This document shows positions 10,501-20,239 of a DNA stretch of 64,000 nucleotides, in pieces. The stretch spans positions 13,441-77,440 of IMG/VR virus record IMGVR_UViG_3300028920_000064; one strand, given 5' to 3'. Numbering within the stretch: position 1 is the stretch's first letter; every line of letters starts with the position of its first letter. Below the pieces are notes generated by a model that was given only the letters and a program-made list of their open reading frames with translations, had not been told where the DNA came from and made no database searches. This DNA comes from a virus. The position numbers were made by a program, and so were the translations under genes.

Positions 10501-13500
10501 CGGCTCTCTCTCCTACCTGCCTACCTTCACGCTTAACCTGTTCGTTCATTTCCTGCAGGACAGGATTAATATAATCCCTCTGGAACTTAATGATCTCCCG
10601 TAGCACACTGGTTACATTGTCAAATCTTTGAACCATCTGCTTGCCCAGCTCGGGGTTATATGATTTTTGTGAGGGATCAGTATCGCCAATAACGATATAA
10701 TTCATTTCAGCATCCATCCGGAAGCCTATCTTGCTGAACTGTCCTGACTCTGCCAGCTGGTGAGTTATGATCTCCTGCAGGGCAGGACCACCGGCGATGA
10801 TACCATCTACTAATTCCTCAAGGGACATATTTGCCTCCTGGAGAACGGTTTTCATTGCATAAAGAGGCATGTTATCAGGACGCTTGGCATAGGTCGCTGA
10901 CAAGAATATACCTCCATTGGTGTTCAGGATCCACTCTTTGAAAAACTCCCCGGTATTGCTCTGCCCGCTGGCCTCATGGCTCTCGTCCATTATGAACACT
11001 ACATCGTGATCCCTGGTTAGCTGCCTCAAGAAGTCTCGCTTGGCATCATCCCTTCCCTCTGTGGTGAACTGGGAATAGGATGTCATTACCATTTTCACAT
11101 CACTGGGAAGTTTACGGGATCCAGGCTTATCAGGTGTACCAACGATCCTTCTTAACTCTTTGAAATCAGCCTCCCACTTTGCTTCTCCTTCTTTGTCAAA
11201 TACCTTCACCTTCTGTCCTGAACTGGAAAACTGCTTGTTCATTATAAAAGGCTTGTAATTGGGGGACCCGATGTTAACCAGGTCCCGATAAATATCGGTA
11301 AACAGATCAGCGCCTTTGGTGATAAATACTGGCAGCTTGCCGTTCTCAACAGCATACCTCACAACTGATGCTGCAATTCTTCCCTTGCCGGCACCGGTCT
11401 GATGGCCGATGATCATCGCATTGTTCCCTTCAATATTGTAAATAGCCTGGCCAATACCATCTATTTGCTCGGCAAAATTGCCTGTTGCCTTCATATCGTC
11501 CATGCTGTTGTACTTCAGCTTGGCCCGAACGTATTCATCAATATCTCCGATCTCATCACTCAGCTGCTTCAGTGCATCCTGTACCTCAGCTGCTATTGAT
11601 GCAGGGATCACAAATTTGCCTGACCCCATCCTGCTCAAAGGAGTGTATGGAGTAACATCATCAGAAGAGATGTCCTCTATACCAAGCTCTCGCTTACTAC
11701 TCTCATCAGGCTTTCCAATGTTGTTTGTTGGTAAATCGAGCGCACTTCGCGTGGGTCGAACTTCTCCAAATCTTCTAATTTCTCCCCTTCGTCCCGTCTG
11801 ATCAGTTCCACCAAATGATTTTGGAATTGTGGACTTCGCATTATCTGTTCTGCTTGCCCTGGTACGTCCGGCTCCGGGATCAGGTCTAGTAAATCTTGGA
11901 TTAATGAACGCCTCATCTCCAGCGGCTCCTTGCTCAGGAGGGATTCCAGTTTCTTCTGAAACAGTCTGATCAGATCCGGGACGCTCTGTGGTTGGGTTTG
12001 GGTCGGTTTCTCTACCGCCCACAAGCGAATCAGATCCTCGCTCGGCATCCACTTCTCTTTGTAAGCTATTCCTTTCATTCGCTTTAGTTTTTAGGATGTT
12101 AATTCTGTCACGTACATCTATCCAATCAGTAACAGGGTCAAATGATTTGTTGTAGAGTGGGGCTGCACCTTTCTTCTCTGTCTTACGGCCATTGACCAAT
12201 ATCAGCTTTACAGGATAACTTGCGCCCATGGTTTTATACAGATCCCCAGGAATCTGTATCACATCCTCAACGTAATAATTCTTGTTCAGCCAGTTGAAAA
12301 ACGCCAGGTCTTTCCCAAGCATCTGATCGTTGGGTTTGAACTTCACATGGCCACCGGTAATGATAGCCGCTTTCCCTGTATCGCTTAATGATTTAAGAGC
12401 ATGGGCAACAGGCAGGTATTCACCATGTAGCCAGTACCCTTCAAAATCTTCGGTCCTGCCACCGAAAGGAGGATTGATATGGACAGCATCCACGGTTCTT
12501 ACATCCAGCTGATCCTGGATCCCCCGGGTGCTGTCCACATTAAACACCCGATATCCTTGCTCAATGAGGTTTTGCCAACGCCCTTTGTCAATCTCATTGG
12601 CCCGCACTCCTTTTCTGTTTGCTGTGATCAACAAAGCACCGTTGCCGGCACTGGGATCCATGACATTATCAACATCCTTTGCATTGGTATATTCACCCAT
12701 AAGAAAAGCCAGGGGAACGGGAGTGCTGTATTGTTGCTTCTCCTTGATCTCATTGGTCCGGTATGATAGAGTGGGGAACGTGGTATACAATTCCTGGATT
12801 CGTGAAAATTTCTCATCGCTGGTCAGTGTCTCATCCATAGCGATGGTTCGGGCCACCTCAACCATGGCCACTTCTGCCCTCTCACGAATGTTTGTCTTGT
12901 TGGTAACGCCCCACTTTTTTGCAATAGCTGTTAGCTCCCTGAAATCAGCAATCGGCTCTCCATTCCATATCCGGTTCTTCACCTCCCAGGTAAATGCTCT
13001 TTGACGTACCAGGTTATGCTTTTCCTCAGTTTCATCTAAAATCTCTGAGAAATACTTTACTGATTTAGCTAGCTTCTCTTTTGAGGCGAACTTATATCCT
13101 TTTGCCAATGATCTCGCATGAGACCCTATGCCATACATGGCCATAATGGGCGATGTCGGATAGAACCTGTCATGCAGATATCTTATCTCGCTGATTCCAT
13201 TGTTGGTAAATCCCAGCTGGGCAAGGATCTTGTGATGATCGTTTGTCAGCCTCACAAGCCTATCCAGGTCCTCTTTTTTGGCATGTTGGAGTATAAATGG
13301 TGTCAACGGCTCACCTCGCTTGACATAACTTTCTAGCAGCTCTAAAACGGTCTCCTGGGTCCAATCTGTCTCAACAGGTATGGGGGTGAACATAACCTTT
13401 CCTGAAAGGATATCGTTCTTCCTTCTTTCATACTCAGCTGCTTTTTGTTTGTTGGCGATATCCTCCTTCCAATCAACCTCTGCCTGAAAGTAGGATCTCG

Positions 13501-16500
13501 GTTGCCTGTACATCTGCTTCTCAAGTCGTTCGGCCTGGTCCATTTGACCGATAGATTTGTAGATGTCAATGATCTTGCTCAGTTCATCCCTGTATTCTTT
13601 GTTGTCATACGGGGGAACTTCCTCTGCTTTTCCCTCAACGATGAGTTCACGGAACTTATCAACTATGACCGCCTTCTTCGACTCTCCCCGGATAGACATG
13701 GGATCCTCCATGATGGCCACAGTTAGCTTATCGAACTGTGCCGGTGCCTCCCCGAACAGCCCCCCTAAATCTTTTACTCGCTGATCTCGGGGATCAGTCC
13801 ATTCCTCCACCCTTACGATCTTGAGTTCTTTGGAGAGTTCAGGGATGTAAAATACTTTTCCTACTATATCGGAATATGGATCCTGTGCCGGTATCTCCGT
13901 CTGTCCCGCCGCCTCGCTGCCGGCTGTGGCCTTTGATTGATCAAGCGCATCGATCTCCCTGTTCAACGCTTCTATCTCTGCATCAAAAGGTTGTAATGCT
14001 TTCTTAATGTTTTCTTCAGTAGGCTCAAAGGTTTCATCGAACATCACCGGGGCATTGGGATCGGCCTTGGTGTCACCAAACAATCCTTTGCGGTCAGTCA
14101 GTTCAGCATACTTTTTCTGTTTCTGCTTCTGAATGTCCTGGATCTTCTCACGTTTCTCAGTGATCTTATCCTCAATCTCCTTGGTTACCCTTTCCCTTTC
14201 CCTTCTGTTTTCTGCCGGACTTGCTCTTTCACCGACTCCACGATCAGGGCGTTCTTCGCCAAGCTCTGCTTCGACAGCTGCCCTGGCTGCTTCTTGTTCC
14301 TTGATTTCATCTTCAATGTTTTTAAGGTACTGGTCTTTTTCTGCTTCAGTCAATAGGCCCATTTCAACAGCTGCATCCACGTTGTTAGGAGCCAGGTCAC
14401 CATATTGCATGGTGAATTTTTCAAGATTTGCATCACCAATGGTGCTTAAAACCTTATTTATAGGAACGCCTACCGGTGGGGTGTTCCTGGTTTGCCTAAT
14501 GTTCAACACACCTTGGTTGTATGCCAAATCCAGGAAGTTCAATAACTTATTGGCGGCAACAGTGTTCTTGCCGGCTTTGATGTTTTTGACAGCAGATTGT
14601 ATCTGTCTTTTATCCAGCCAGACATCAGCCCCCTCAAGGTATTCGGGGTTATCCATTAATTTGTTGACGAAATCAATGAACCCGGGATCCTCGTATTCTT
14701 CCAGTGTTTTCTGCGCATCGATCTCCTCCTGGGTTACCTTATCGGCTATCCTTCGTATGGGCTTACCCTCTTTATCCCGTACAGTCAGATCCCCTTTCTC
14801 AGTTTTAATGGTATAGCCAAGCTCATTTACTGCCCTTCCTATGTACTGATAAAGATCTGCCCTTTTCTGAGTGTAACTTTTGGGGAGATTGTTGTATTTC
14901 TCAACAAAGTCAATCACAGCATTATGCCTGTTCACTCTGATTTTCTCGTCATACTCAGCTTTTAAAGCCTCATCTTTTTCGGTTTGCTTTTCCTTCTCCT
15001 TCTTAACCTTTTCAGCAGCTTCCGGATAAAGCTCATTGAAGATTGCGCTTACCCTTTCAAGCATGGCTGCTCCTTGATACTTGTCTGTATCAATCCAGAT
15101 CTCTTTCTCTGGAATATAATCTTTGGTTTGTGATGTTGCGCTGTCCTCAAAGGTGGGATCCACCATGCGCCTCATCTCCTCACCACTTACCATTATTGTC
15201 TTTACATCGTTTGGAAGGGATAGTGCTTGATATTCTTGCTTGGTTACCAGCTTTTCTATGTTCTCAGGCTGAACGCCCTCTGCCGGTTCCTCTTCTACTG
15301 GCGGTTCCTCTACGGGGGCCTCCTCCTCTATTGGAGTTGTGAGATCTTCGGTTAAAACATTCTTGATATGCTCACGGATGGTGATATCGGGATCAATCTC
15401 TTCCTCCCTTGCCCGGGAAATATCATCCCACACATACAGCATTGCGTTGTCAAACTCTGTCTGAGTGAGATCCGGAGCAAGTTCTCTGATGGTTTTTTCA
15501 ATATCCCCCTGGATCTGCGCTGCATAATCACCTACCTCTTTCTGCCAATCTTCAGCCAGGATCTCTGCGGCTCGGTTCATGTTGCGAAGTTCCTGGTCTA
15601 GCTTCTTGCGCTCTTTCTTCTGTTCTAGTGTTAATCGGCCTTTGAACTCGGTATCCAGGCGTTTCTGAATAGCTTCACGATCCTTGGTGATCTCCTCCAC
15701 TTTGGATGCAACTTCATCCTCTCTGGCCACGAAACGAGCATTCAGGTCCTTCAGCTTTTCATTCAGAATTTCTTTTGGTTTCCCAAAAACTGTTTCAACC
15801 TCTTCCTCAACCACGGGTTCCTCTGTAGGTTCTTCGGGTGCCGGCTCTTCTTTTGCCTTCCGGATCTCCTTTGCTTTCTCAATGGCCCTTACCACATCGA
15901 TGTCCATGTCGGGTAATGGAAGCCTTTCGGTGGGGTATTTCGCCAATTCTTCAGCAAGATCTTCTATACTGGCAAAGTCCCGGCCACCATACCTGATCAT
16001 CCCTTCCTCTTTCTTAGGAAGGGCTTTCCTTTCTTCCAATGCCTGCTCGGTTACGGCCAGAGCTTCTAGCACATCAGCCCTGATTATGGGGATATCCTCA
16101 ACATTCTTGATAGTCCGTTTATCCCTGCCAAGTATTTGAATCACATTTTGAACATCCAGGTTCAAATCTTCATTTTTGATATCCCCTGTACGTCCTTCTT
16201 CATACATGGCATCAAGGGTCTGGATGATATTCTTTGCAACATCCTGCCTTTCCCTTAACTGGGCCTCATTCATAAATTGAGTATCGAAGGTCCATGGCTT
16301 TGTCTCATCCACCTCAACCTCTACCTTCGGTGCCGGTTCTTCTTCTACTGGGGGTTCCTCAGCAGGGGGCTCCTCTTCAACTGGCTCAGGCTCTACAGGA
16401 GGTTCTTCCGGAACGGGTTCAGGTTCAGGTTCAGGTTCAGGTTCGGGCTCAGGCTCTGGTTCAACAGGCTCTTCTACGGGTGGCTCGGGAGGTTCAACAG

Positions 16501-17899
16501 GCTCAAGGGGTTCTCCCTCTTTCTTTCGGGTTGCAATATCAACTCCCTTGATAGCCACACCGCCGGCAGTAAAGTATGCACCACCAGCGAATCCTGCCCA
16601 AAATGAATCCCAGGCATTGTCCATGGGTTCAGCGTCGGGCCTTACGCCTGTGTGTTTATCAACAATATTTTCTCCGACAGCATTGATAAATTCCTCCGCA
16701 CCCTCTTGAACAGGTGCTGTCCATAGACCTACCTTTCTGTAGGTTGCCATCATCCAGGATCTCAATCCGGTTTCAAGCACCTCTTTTGTAGCATCTTTCC
16801 CGATAGTCTTTATAGATGCTTTTATCAGATTACCAAGACCCTGAGTGCTAAGTTCTGTCAGTGACTCAAGTGTGCCTGTCAAAGCCGCATTAAGTATGGC
16901 TGCCCCCTCCGGGGTTTCAGCCTCGATCAGCCTTTCATATTTTTCCCCTCCAACGTATAACCCCAATGAAGCAAGTCCCGGTGCGCCACCGAATGCTGCA
17001 ACTATTGTAAGTGGTAAACTTTCGGCACCTTCAAGAACAGCTGCGCCAACAGCTTCCTTTTTGTTCCCGTCATTCCATAGTTCAGTTATGGTTTTATCAT
17101 ACCGCTTACTGCGGTCCAGGAACATCTTTTCCCTTTCTTCCCAATTCTTGTAGTAGTTGGTGCGGGTATCAATAAGGTTCTTGACATCGTTGGATGCTTT
17201 TAATGTTTGCACCGGTCCTAGCGCACCAAACCCCATTTCCTCTACAATCTCTCCAACCTTATCCGCTTTCCCCGGGTCTATGCCCAGTTTCTTCAGTTCC
17301 CACGTAAACACTTTCCCCGGGACGGTCAATAGCTTTTCCGCAAACTTGGAACCTTTCTTGGAATATTCTGGTAGCTTGGAAACCCCAGCCAGGATCCTCT
17401 CTCCCAAATCACCCATGAAAGATTCTTTGGCAGGCTGCCCTTCCTCTCCCGGTAAGGGTGCCAATAAGCCCTGTGGCTCTCCCTCTGGCATGAGCATCGT
17501 CATGGCATCTTTTGTGTCAAGATCCTCTGTAGACTTGGGAGGTTCGCCTTTAGGCCAATCCATAGGGGGCTTGGGGGCTTCTGGTATGTAATCCTCAAAC
17601 GAAGGAATAGGGAAAGGATCTGCCGGCTGTACCGGAGGAGGAAACTTTTCTTGAAGATATTTTGCCCTAGCTGATTCAATCTGTACCTGATCGGCTCCTT
17701 CCTCTGCTTCAATAGGGGCCAGGTATTTATCAAAATACTTGTTAAGCCTATCTTCCTTTTCCTCATCAGAAGCCTGCTGGTATGTCGGATCGTTAAGCAT
17801 CATGTTCTCATAGAACTTGGCTCTTTCACGTTTCGACAAACCCCTGTCCTGTGTGGTGGGGTTATAATCAGGCTTCTTTACAGTTTCTTTCTTTCCCAT
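4595..17899 (-). CDS. Giant polyvalent (DarB-like) putative ejected protein: N6-adenine MTase + Strawberry-notch SF2 helicase + zincin + LPD38-like domain
   Basis: MTase motifs DPSAGNG (~12650) and NPPFG (~12470). Helicase motifs GHQTGAGKGR (~11390), DESH (~10980), SATYAKRP and QLFGRVYR. HEIGH...AEGMAE (~7810). PKPFELG (~5370). Hydrophobic Gly/Ala N-terminal region and a PE-rich linker. Confidence 0.85.
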   Translation of the reverse strand: MGKKETVKKPDYNPTTQDRGLSKRERAKFYENMMLNDPTYQQASDEEKEDRLNKYFDKYLAPIEAEEGADQVQIESARAKYLQEKFPPPVQPADPFPIPSFEDYIPEAPKPPMDWPKGEPPKSTEDLDTKDAMTMLMPEGEPQGLLAPLPGEEGQPAKESFMGDLGERILAGVSKLPEYSKKGSKFAEKLLTVPGKVFTWELKKLGIDPGKADKVGEIVEEMGFGALGPVQTLKASNDVKNLIDTRTNYYKNWEEREKMFLDRSKRYDKTITELWNDGNKKEAVGAAVLEGAESLPLTIVAAFGGAPGLASLGLYVGGEKYERLIEAETPEGAAILNAALTGTLESLTELSTQGLGNLIKASIKTIGKDATKEVLETGLRSWMMATYRKVGLWTAPVQEGAEEFINAVGENIVDKHTGVRPDAEPMDNAWDSFWAGFAGGAYFTAGGVAIKGVDIATRKKEGEPLEPVEPPEPPVEEPVEPEPEPEPEPEPEPEPVPEEPPVEPEPVEEEPPAEEPPVEEEPAPKVEVEVDETKPWTFDTQFMNEAQLRERQDVAKNIIQTLDAMYEEGRTGDIKNEDLNLDVQNVIQILGRDKRTIKNVEDIPIIRADVLEALAVTEQALEERKALPKKEEGMIRYGGRDFASIEDLAEELAKYPTERLPLPDMDIDVVRAIEKAKEIRKAKEEPAPEEPTEEPVVEEEVETVFGKPKEILNEKLKDLNARFVAREDEVASKVEEITKDREAIQKRLDTEFKGRLTLEQKKERKKLDQELRNMNRAAEILAEDWQKEVGDYAAQIQGDIEKTIRELAPDLTQTEFDNAMLYVWDDISRAREEEIDPDITIREHIKNVLTEDLTTPIEEEAPVEEPPVEEEPAEGVQPENIEKLVTKQEYQALSLPNDVKTIMVSGEEMRRMVDPTFEDSATSQTKDYIPEKEIWIDTDKYQGAAMLERVSAIFNELYPEAAEKVKKEKEKQTEKDEALKAEYDEKIRVNRHNAVIDFVEKYNNLPKSYTQKRADLYQYIGRAVNELGYTIKTEKGDLTVRDKEGKPIRRIADKVTQEEIDAQKTLEEYEDPGFIDFVNKLMDNPEYLEGADVWLDKRQIQSAVKNIKAGKNTVAANKLLNFLDLAYNQGVLNIRQTRNTPPVGVPINKVLSTIGDANLEKFTMQYGDLAPNNVDAAVEMGLLTEAEKDQYLKNIEDEIKEQEAARAAVEAELGEERPDRGVGERASPAENRRERERVTKEIEDKITEKREKIQDIQKQKQKKYAELTDRKGLFGDTKADPNAPVMFDETFEPTEENIKKALQPFDAEIEALNREIDALDQSKATAGSEAAGQTEIPAQDPYSDIVGKVFYIPELSKELKIVRVEEWTDPRDQRVKDLGGLFGEAPAQFDKLTVAIMEDPMSIRGESKKAVIVDKFRELIVEGKAEEVPPYDNKEYRDELSKIIDIYKSIGQMDQAERLEKQMYRQPRSYFQAEVDWKEDIANKQKAAEYERRKNDILSGKVMFTPIPVETDWTQETVLELLESYVKRGEPLTPFILQHAKKEDLDRLVRLTNDHHKILAQLGFTNNGISEIRYLHDRFYPTSPIMAMYGIGSHARSLAKGYKFASKEKLAKSVKYFSEILDETEEKHNLVRQRAFTWEVKNRIWNGEPIADFRELTAIAKKWGVTNKTNIRERAEVAMVEVARTIAMDETLTSDEKFSRIQELYTTFPTLSYRTNEIKEKQQYSTPVPLAFLMGEYTNAKDVDNVMDPSAGNGALLITANRKGVRANEIDKGRWQNLIEQGYRVFNVDSTRGIQDQLDVRTVDAVHINPPFGGRTEDFEGYWLHGEYLPVAHALKSLSDTGKAAIITGGHVKFKPNDQMLGKDLAFFNWLNKNYYVEDVIQIPGDLYKTMGASYPVKLILVNGRKTEKKGAAPLYNKSFDPVTDWIDVRDRINILKTKANERNSLQREVDAERGSDSLVGGRETDPNPTTERPGSDQTVSEETGIPPEQGAAGDEAFINPRFTRPDPGAGRTRASRTDNAKSTIPKSFGGTDQTGRRGEIRRFGEVRPTRSALDLPTNNIGKPDESSKRELGIEDISSDDVTPYTPLSRMGSGKFVIPASIAAEVQDALKQLSDEIGDIDEYVRAKLKYNSMDDMKATGNFAEQIDGIGQAIYNIEGNNAMIIGHQTGAGKGRIAASVVRYAVENGKLPVFITKGADLFTDIYRDLVNIGSPNYKPFIMNKQFSSSGQKVKVFDKEGEAKWEADFKELRRIVGTPDKPGSRKLPSDVKMVMTSYSQFTTEGRDDAKRDFLRQLTRDHDVVFIMDESHEASGQSNTGEFFKEWILNTNGGIFLSATYAKRPDNMPLYAMKTVLQEANMSLEELVDGIIAGGPALQEIITHQLAESGQFSKIGFRMDAEMNYIVIGDTDPSQKSYNPELGKQMVQRFDNVTSVLREIIKFQRDYINPVLQEMNEQVKREGRQVGERAGTSQAGISNQPYFSRIWNVIDQLLLSVKVREAIPMIVEDLKAGRKPVIALKSTMESIFLDMFNNDELKKGETIDLDFSYVLKRGMDTVMKYTEKDEQGNDLKKMLEPEDLTPTGRDRYYTMMENIQRMSTGIPISPIDVLKKGITDAGFEVVEITGRGSMFEMNADETKGTWVTNDRGDKIKAVARFNNNPGVAAIVNKAGSTGISMHSSPDFDDVSQRTMWTLQNDFDINVVVQLFGRVYRADQLNKPIYNIATSTLPAELRNFMMNAKKLKSLDANTSGNQKQSKSLADVVDFLNKYGDNVVYEYLKDNPQINQLIGDPLNIGGKDPNKQDAAHRVSGRIQILPSELQEEFKNEVEERYLQEIDYLNSTGTNDLMVTNESLDAEFVESEVSIDGEGGYSYFGDDTVLNKSDVNVTRKPFTREQLMEKLDEVPDNHVEEMRAAMDKGIDEQLAKQIAKVTESSNEARTLQKKKIEEKSGLTPEEKSREYELKKNEIDQREADRIDTLRSVALLHKSKFKSYFDFFYPGRGLEIPFTEDDQLDMVRMNKGVFIGYDVNMKKDNPWVPSNVLLKFATTDSRRMFRIPVSKSVHLDAIRGNSYHLGTRESQEILDTWDDIKKKRTREKRYIVTGNILQGMTKFKKGRLIKFSMADGSLERGILMPENWINDTENTARIPIKKAASIIKALAPYDMVEDMSKDVLIKKLTYSSPQLYELRVPASTKRGSKYYANEVIKSIVDYGLFEQKNDRMVAKFNEDALQPLLNVLDERFKLTIESSSKQVQRAMDQTDASNTMDEYGAPPRTGAVDRGGLSNPHNEPIGMIYRTTKGRVAPDPITPEKGKSPKKLWEIQDDVSNAIGKKIQYTRRPSTRRAAGAYDPTTGKMGIKRFGDEDTAAHEIGHYLDDKYGLLGPKAYPIYSELKSELRDLWEFGSKPPRGHKNPERYKMAEGMAEFTRAWLVNPNEAEKRFPTTYKWFSSQLMPEKKVWDGLVQFGKDIRTLYGSSAGDQLLANVRLDPTEGRQKTEWNRENEQGQFKVTIFDKMGRRIWYFLDPLVEAFKYAAKQKGIKDIHDPNQLSPLRNFEIMARNHLGIDVKLENLMKRGVMDLDGTPIYDSKTGRPLIFDSMYEAIPGHSDAEYEANVVEAMKYGIAQRAVELPKKYQARLIRFDLENTEDRLPPLKLLAQHPHIIEMWQGKINDILTRIDEGKLDPEKVWIDPKGEEGRYDFTNIVITGAAQSGQRDYDIAVETLKEFEEVKANNPELFEGITEFWRIYREISKQWSNYAYQAGLISEYTKDLIQNENLDYVGMNRLQAIEPADMVAGKDLEFEENRRPSGKGLLPRDVVFPFKGSDRPIDNPVSNLIRSWINVIDVGDMNYTVQTFADVFERDWVGRDMYEGEVVKQGEIAWVSKKAEPNSIAFYQNGEKRFLVFGDKYLYNNWKDLISSEDGLAMKIISFAPQLLRKAITRSVRFVNRNMIRDLLQWSVIGTAKRYSRPWHLLPNKDADNGFERYGGGQFGFVPRKQIVGINARKESKLPHHQYMLQAKKRGRPGTTYTLVGKGFQFARKQLNMSERPTRRLQYMSAYQEGIKKYGLSHVEASARAAFIARDLMDFAAAGTVVRELNKFMIFTSAAVRGVEKIVRVAKKSPGRFLGHLALFSIMPSIMNSMLIAWAPWISDDEKEEYLTHPNYLRDGFYRLPNPFGRGWIIVPKPFELGRIGSIAQRGMDRVILKDKDAFGDGFWWSAIQNLNPYSVSGVTSGFSGFINWATNYDLYRQKHIIPPEERDVAIVSRETQNASKFSRMIQEGSDYVTWRSEDNPFIDARMLDAFLFSQFSTYAEYPIGAFEYAPIMGEPNRRVALQLDDTGLYKDPQIYGSVDVQYLINLYKRYPHLRYEGHYAAFRNVLNGYFDQNVQADNALKDQQGAIVLQVAADLRKALEESIDPETGRPRDFNKEAAELKAIERAQRGQ
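16416..16457. repeat. Hexamer tandem repeat (GGTTCA)n encoding a (PE)n linker
   Basis: ggttcaggttcaggttcaggttcaggttcgggctcaggctc within the giant ORF. Confidence 0.85.
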
Positions 17900-17910
17900 T
17901 GATCTAAATG

Positions 17911-19539
17911 TTAGGGAGTTTGATTCAGCACACCATACATCTCTGCCATATATTTCTTGATCTCCTGGAGGTCGTATTCTTCAGCGCCCATCTTTGCAAG
18001 ATAGGCGTTGTTCACACTGGCCCAGGGAGTGATAATCGTTTTTCCATGCTTGGATACATAATCGCTCCATGATACAGTTCCCATGGACTTCTCTTCCTGC
18101 GCTGCGCCATATACCGATTTTGTAAGCAGATATGGTTCGTAGGTCAGGGGGATCCCCTGGTTAATCATTGCTTTCAGAACCTGTGTGGGTATCGGCTTGC
18201 CTGGGCGTACAGTGTATTTCTTCGTTGATCGGTTGCCCTCTTTGTCAACATGCTCATACTCCATGGGTAGATTATCCGATCCATTGTATGTGGGCATGAA
18301 GGATATTGATGCCGCCTTGTGGGATCCTATCTTAGTCCTGTCTGGCTCGGCTCCTGTGCTGGTATCAATTGCATCTGCCGGGGTGATGGAGTCAAACACC
18401 TCATCGATGCCTGAAAGAGGTATGTTATATGCTTCGTATTCCATCTCATCAGCCTGTTGCATCTCAGGCGTTTCCTCCTTCTTCTTCCCTCTCCAATTGG
18501 TTTTATAGGTAGCCGGGGTGATGGTCTGTGACTTCATCACGATGGGCTGATTGGCTGCTGCCAGGTCAATGCTACCATCATCTGTTCGTGGTATACCACC
18601 TCTGAGACCGGTGGGCTCGCCCTGATCATCCTTCGGCAGCCTTGATGTTTTCTTGGTAGTGGTAGTTCCGTGTAATCCGGAGAACTTATTGGCAAACCAT
18701 TCTTTCGGGTCCATGACAATACCGTCAGCATTTCGTTTGTCGGGGGCTACCTCATACATGGAATCGATGGCGTTCTTCATGTTCGGCTCTGCCATTTCGT
18801 AGCCAATGCGGTATGCTTCGTGAACTTTCTTGGGATCAGCCCCGGTGATCTGTGTGGTAGTCATTGTGTTTGTGATAGGATCAACCTTGATTTCATGGCT
18901 CATCACATCCGAACCTTCTACCATGGATCCTACTTTCTTCGCATAACCAATGATGTCCTGTGGCTCGGGTTTGTAAACAACAAGGGTTCCTGCATTGTCC
19001 ACAAATGGTTGGGCAAATTCTGTGACATCCTCTGCCTCATTCATTCTTTGAACATTCTGGTTGGTGAGTTCCCAGTCGATCTTATCCCTATTGGCTCCCC
19101 GCATCACTGCCAGGTCCTTTTTGTATTGCTCTGCGTAATGGTTGTGAATAGGTATATCCGTAGCCATCTTGTTCTCAAGTTCGGATAGCTTGGCCGTGAC
19201 GTTCTCTCCTTCAGGTGTCTTTGCCATCTTTGCCAATCCCCCTGCTGCCTGTTGCTGCTTAAACAGGGCACCCATCTGAACCAGGTCTTTATTGTACTTG
19301 CTTGCTATTTTTTTATTAATACCCTCTACGGTGGGCATCGATTTGATGTATTGCTCATAATTTCTCTGGTCCAGCTCCTTATTCATCATTCTTTCCTGCC
19401 TGGACTTTTCCCAGCCGGCACGAATGGTGGCAATGGGATCGTAGGAACTCTTTCCAAGATCCGGTACACCTATTCCCAATGGATCGGCCCCTTCTGGTAT
19501 GTTGAAATTAACATCGCTATAACTTGTTCCCTTTGCCAT
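17911..19539 (-). CDS. Putative internal virion/ejected protein
   Basis: 542 aa, between the pilot-like gene and the giant protein. No recognised motif. Confidence 0.5.
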   Translation of the reverse strand: MAKGTSYSDVNFNIPEGADPLGIGVPDLGKSSYDPIATIRAGWEKSRQERMMNKELDQRNYEQYIKSMPTVEGINKKIASKYNKDLVQMGALFKQQQAAGGLAKMAKTPEGENVTAKLSELENKMATDIPIHNHYAEQYKKDLAVMRGANRDKIDWELTNQNVQRMNEAEDVTEFAQPFVDNAGTLVVYKPEPQDIIGYAKKVGSMVEGSDVMSHEIKVDPITNTMTTTQITGADPKKVHEAYRIGYEMAEPNMKNAIDSMYEVAPDKRNADGIVMDPKEWFANKFSGLHGTTTTKKTSRLPKDDQGEPTGLRGGIPRTDDGSIDLAAANQPIVMKSQTITPATYKTNWRGKKKEETPEMQQADEMEYEAYNIPLSGIDEVFDSITPADAIDTSTGAEPDRTKIGSHKAASISFMPTYNGSDNLPMEYEHVDKEGNRSTKKYTVRPGKPIPTQVLKAMINQGIPLTYEPYLLTKSVYGAAQEEKSMGTVSWSDYVSKHGKTIITPWASVNNAYLAKMGAEEYDLQEIKKYMAEMYGVLNQTP

Positions 19540-19557
19540 GAGTGTTGATTTTTTACA

Positions 19558-20223
19558 TTAAGACATTATTCCACCTGCAATATCCATTATTTTACCAAAG
19601 GTCCCGCCAGTGAAAACATTGCCAAGCTGTTGGGCGGTTGCGTCAAGTGCGCCACCCATGCCTTGAAATGATTCAGCCCATGACCCCATCTTGGTTTTTA
19701 AACCTTCCCACTCTCCCTGCCGGCCCTGCTGTTCAAGCATTGCTGCTTTCTGCTGCGCCATAAGGTAAGGGTCAGCCTCGTTCCAATTCCATGCTTGCTG
19801 CTGCCATTGACCAAGCCCCTCTAAGGCCCCCAGGTACTGATCCTCTGCTTGGTTCCTGAACTGTGCATTTGTCACACCCAGGTTTGCAGTAGTATCCATT
19901 TGGTTTGCATAGAGATCTGCAATACCTCCGAAAGCCTCAGCACCGGTACCCATCTCTTTCATGGCTTCTACCCCTCCGGCAGTGGCTTTTTGAATTTGGT
20001 TTTGCATTGTAGTTAGACCGGGCATATTTTGAAACCTTTTACCACTGGCCAGCTCCATCATCATCTGTATGGCTTGCGGTGTTTGCATCTCCGGGCGCTG
20101 GAAAGACTGCGACAAGGATCTTGCCTCGTCAATCATGCCCTGCCCCAACTGCATTTGTTTCTTGCCCAAACGGGAACCCTGGATCCCGGCACCGATGTTT
20201 CCTAAGAATGAGAATATACCCAT
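19558..20223 (-). CDS. Putative DNA-transfer/pilot (cargo) protein
   Basis: G/A/Q/M-rich helical protein starting MGIFSFLGNIGAGIQG, immediately after the muzzle gene. Confidence 0.6.
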   Translation of the reverse strand: MGIFSFLGNIGAGIQGSRLGKKQMQLGQGMIDEARSLSQSFQRPEMQTPQAIQMMMELASGKRFQNMPGLTTMQNQIQKATAGGVEAMKEMGTGAEAFGGIADLYANQMDTTANLGVTNAQFRNQAEDQYLGALEGLGQWQQQAWNWNEADPYLMAQQKAAMLEQQGRQGEWEGLKTKMGSWAESFQGMGGALDATAQQLGNVFTGGTFGKIMDIAGGIMS

Positions 20224-20239
20224 GATATCATAATTTTAA

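Noticed and set aside
15896-15910. DMDID in the giant protein, resembling the crAss RNAP catalytic DFDID
   Set aside because: It lies in a low-complexity charged helical region (PLPDMDIDVVRAIEKAKE) with no flanking DPBB context, so it is most likely chance.
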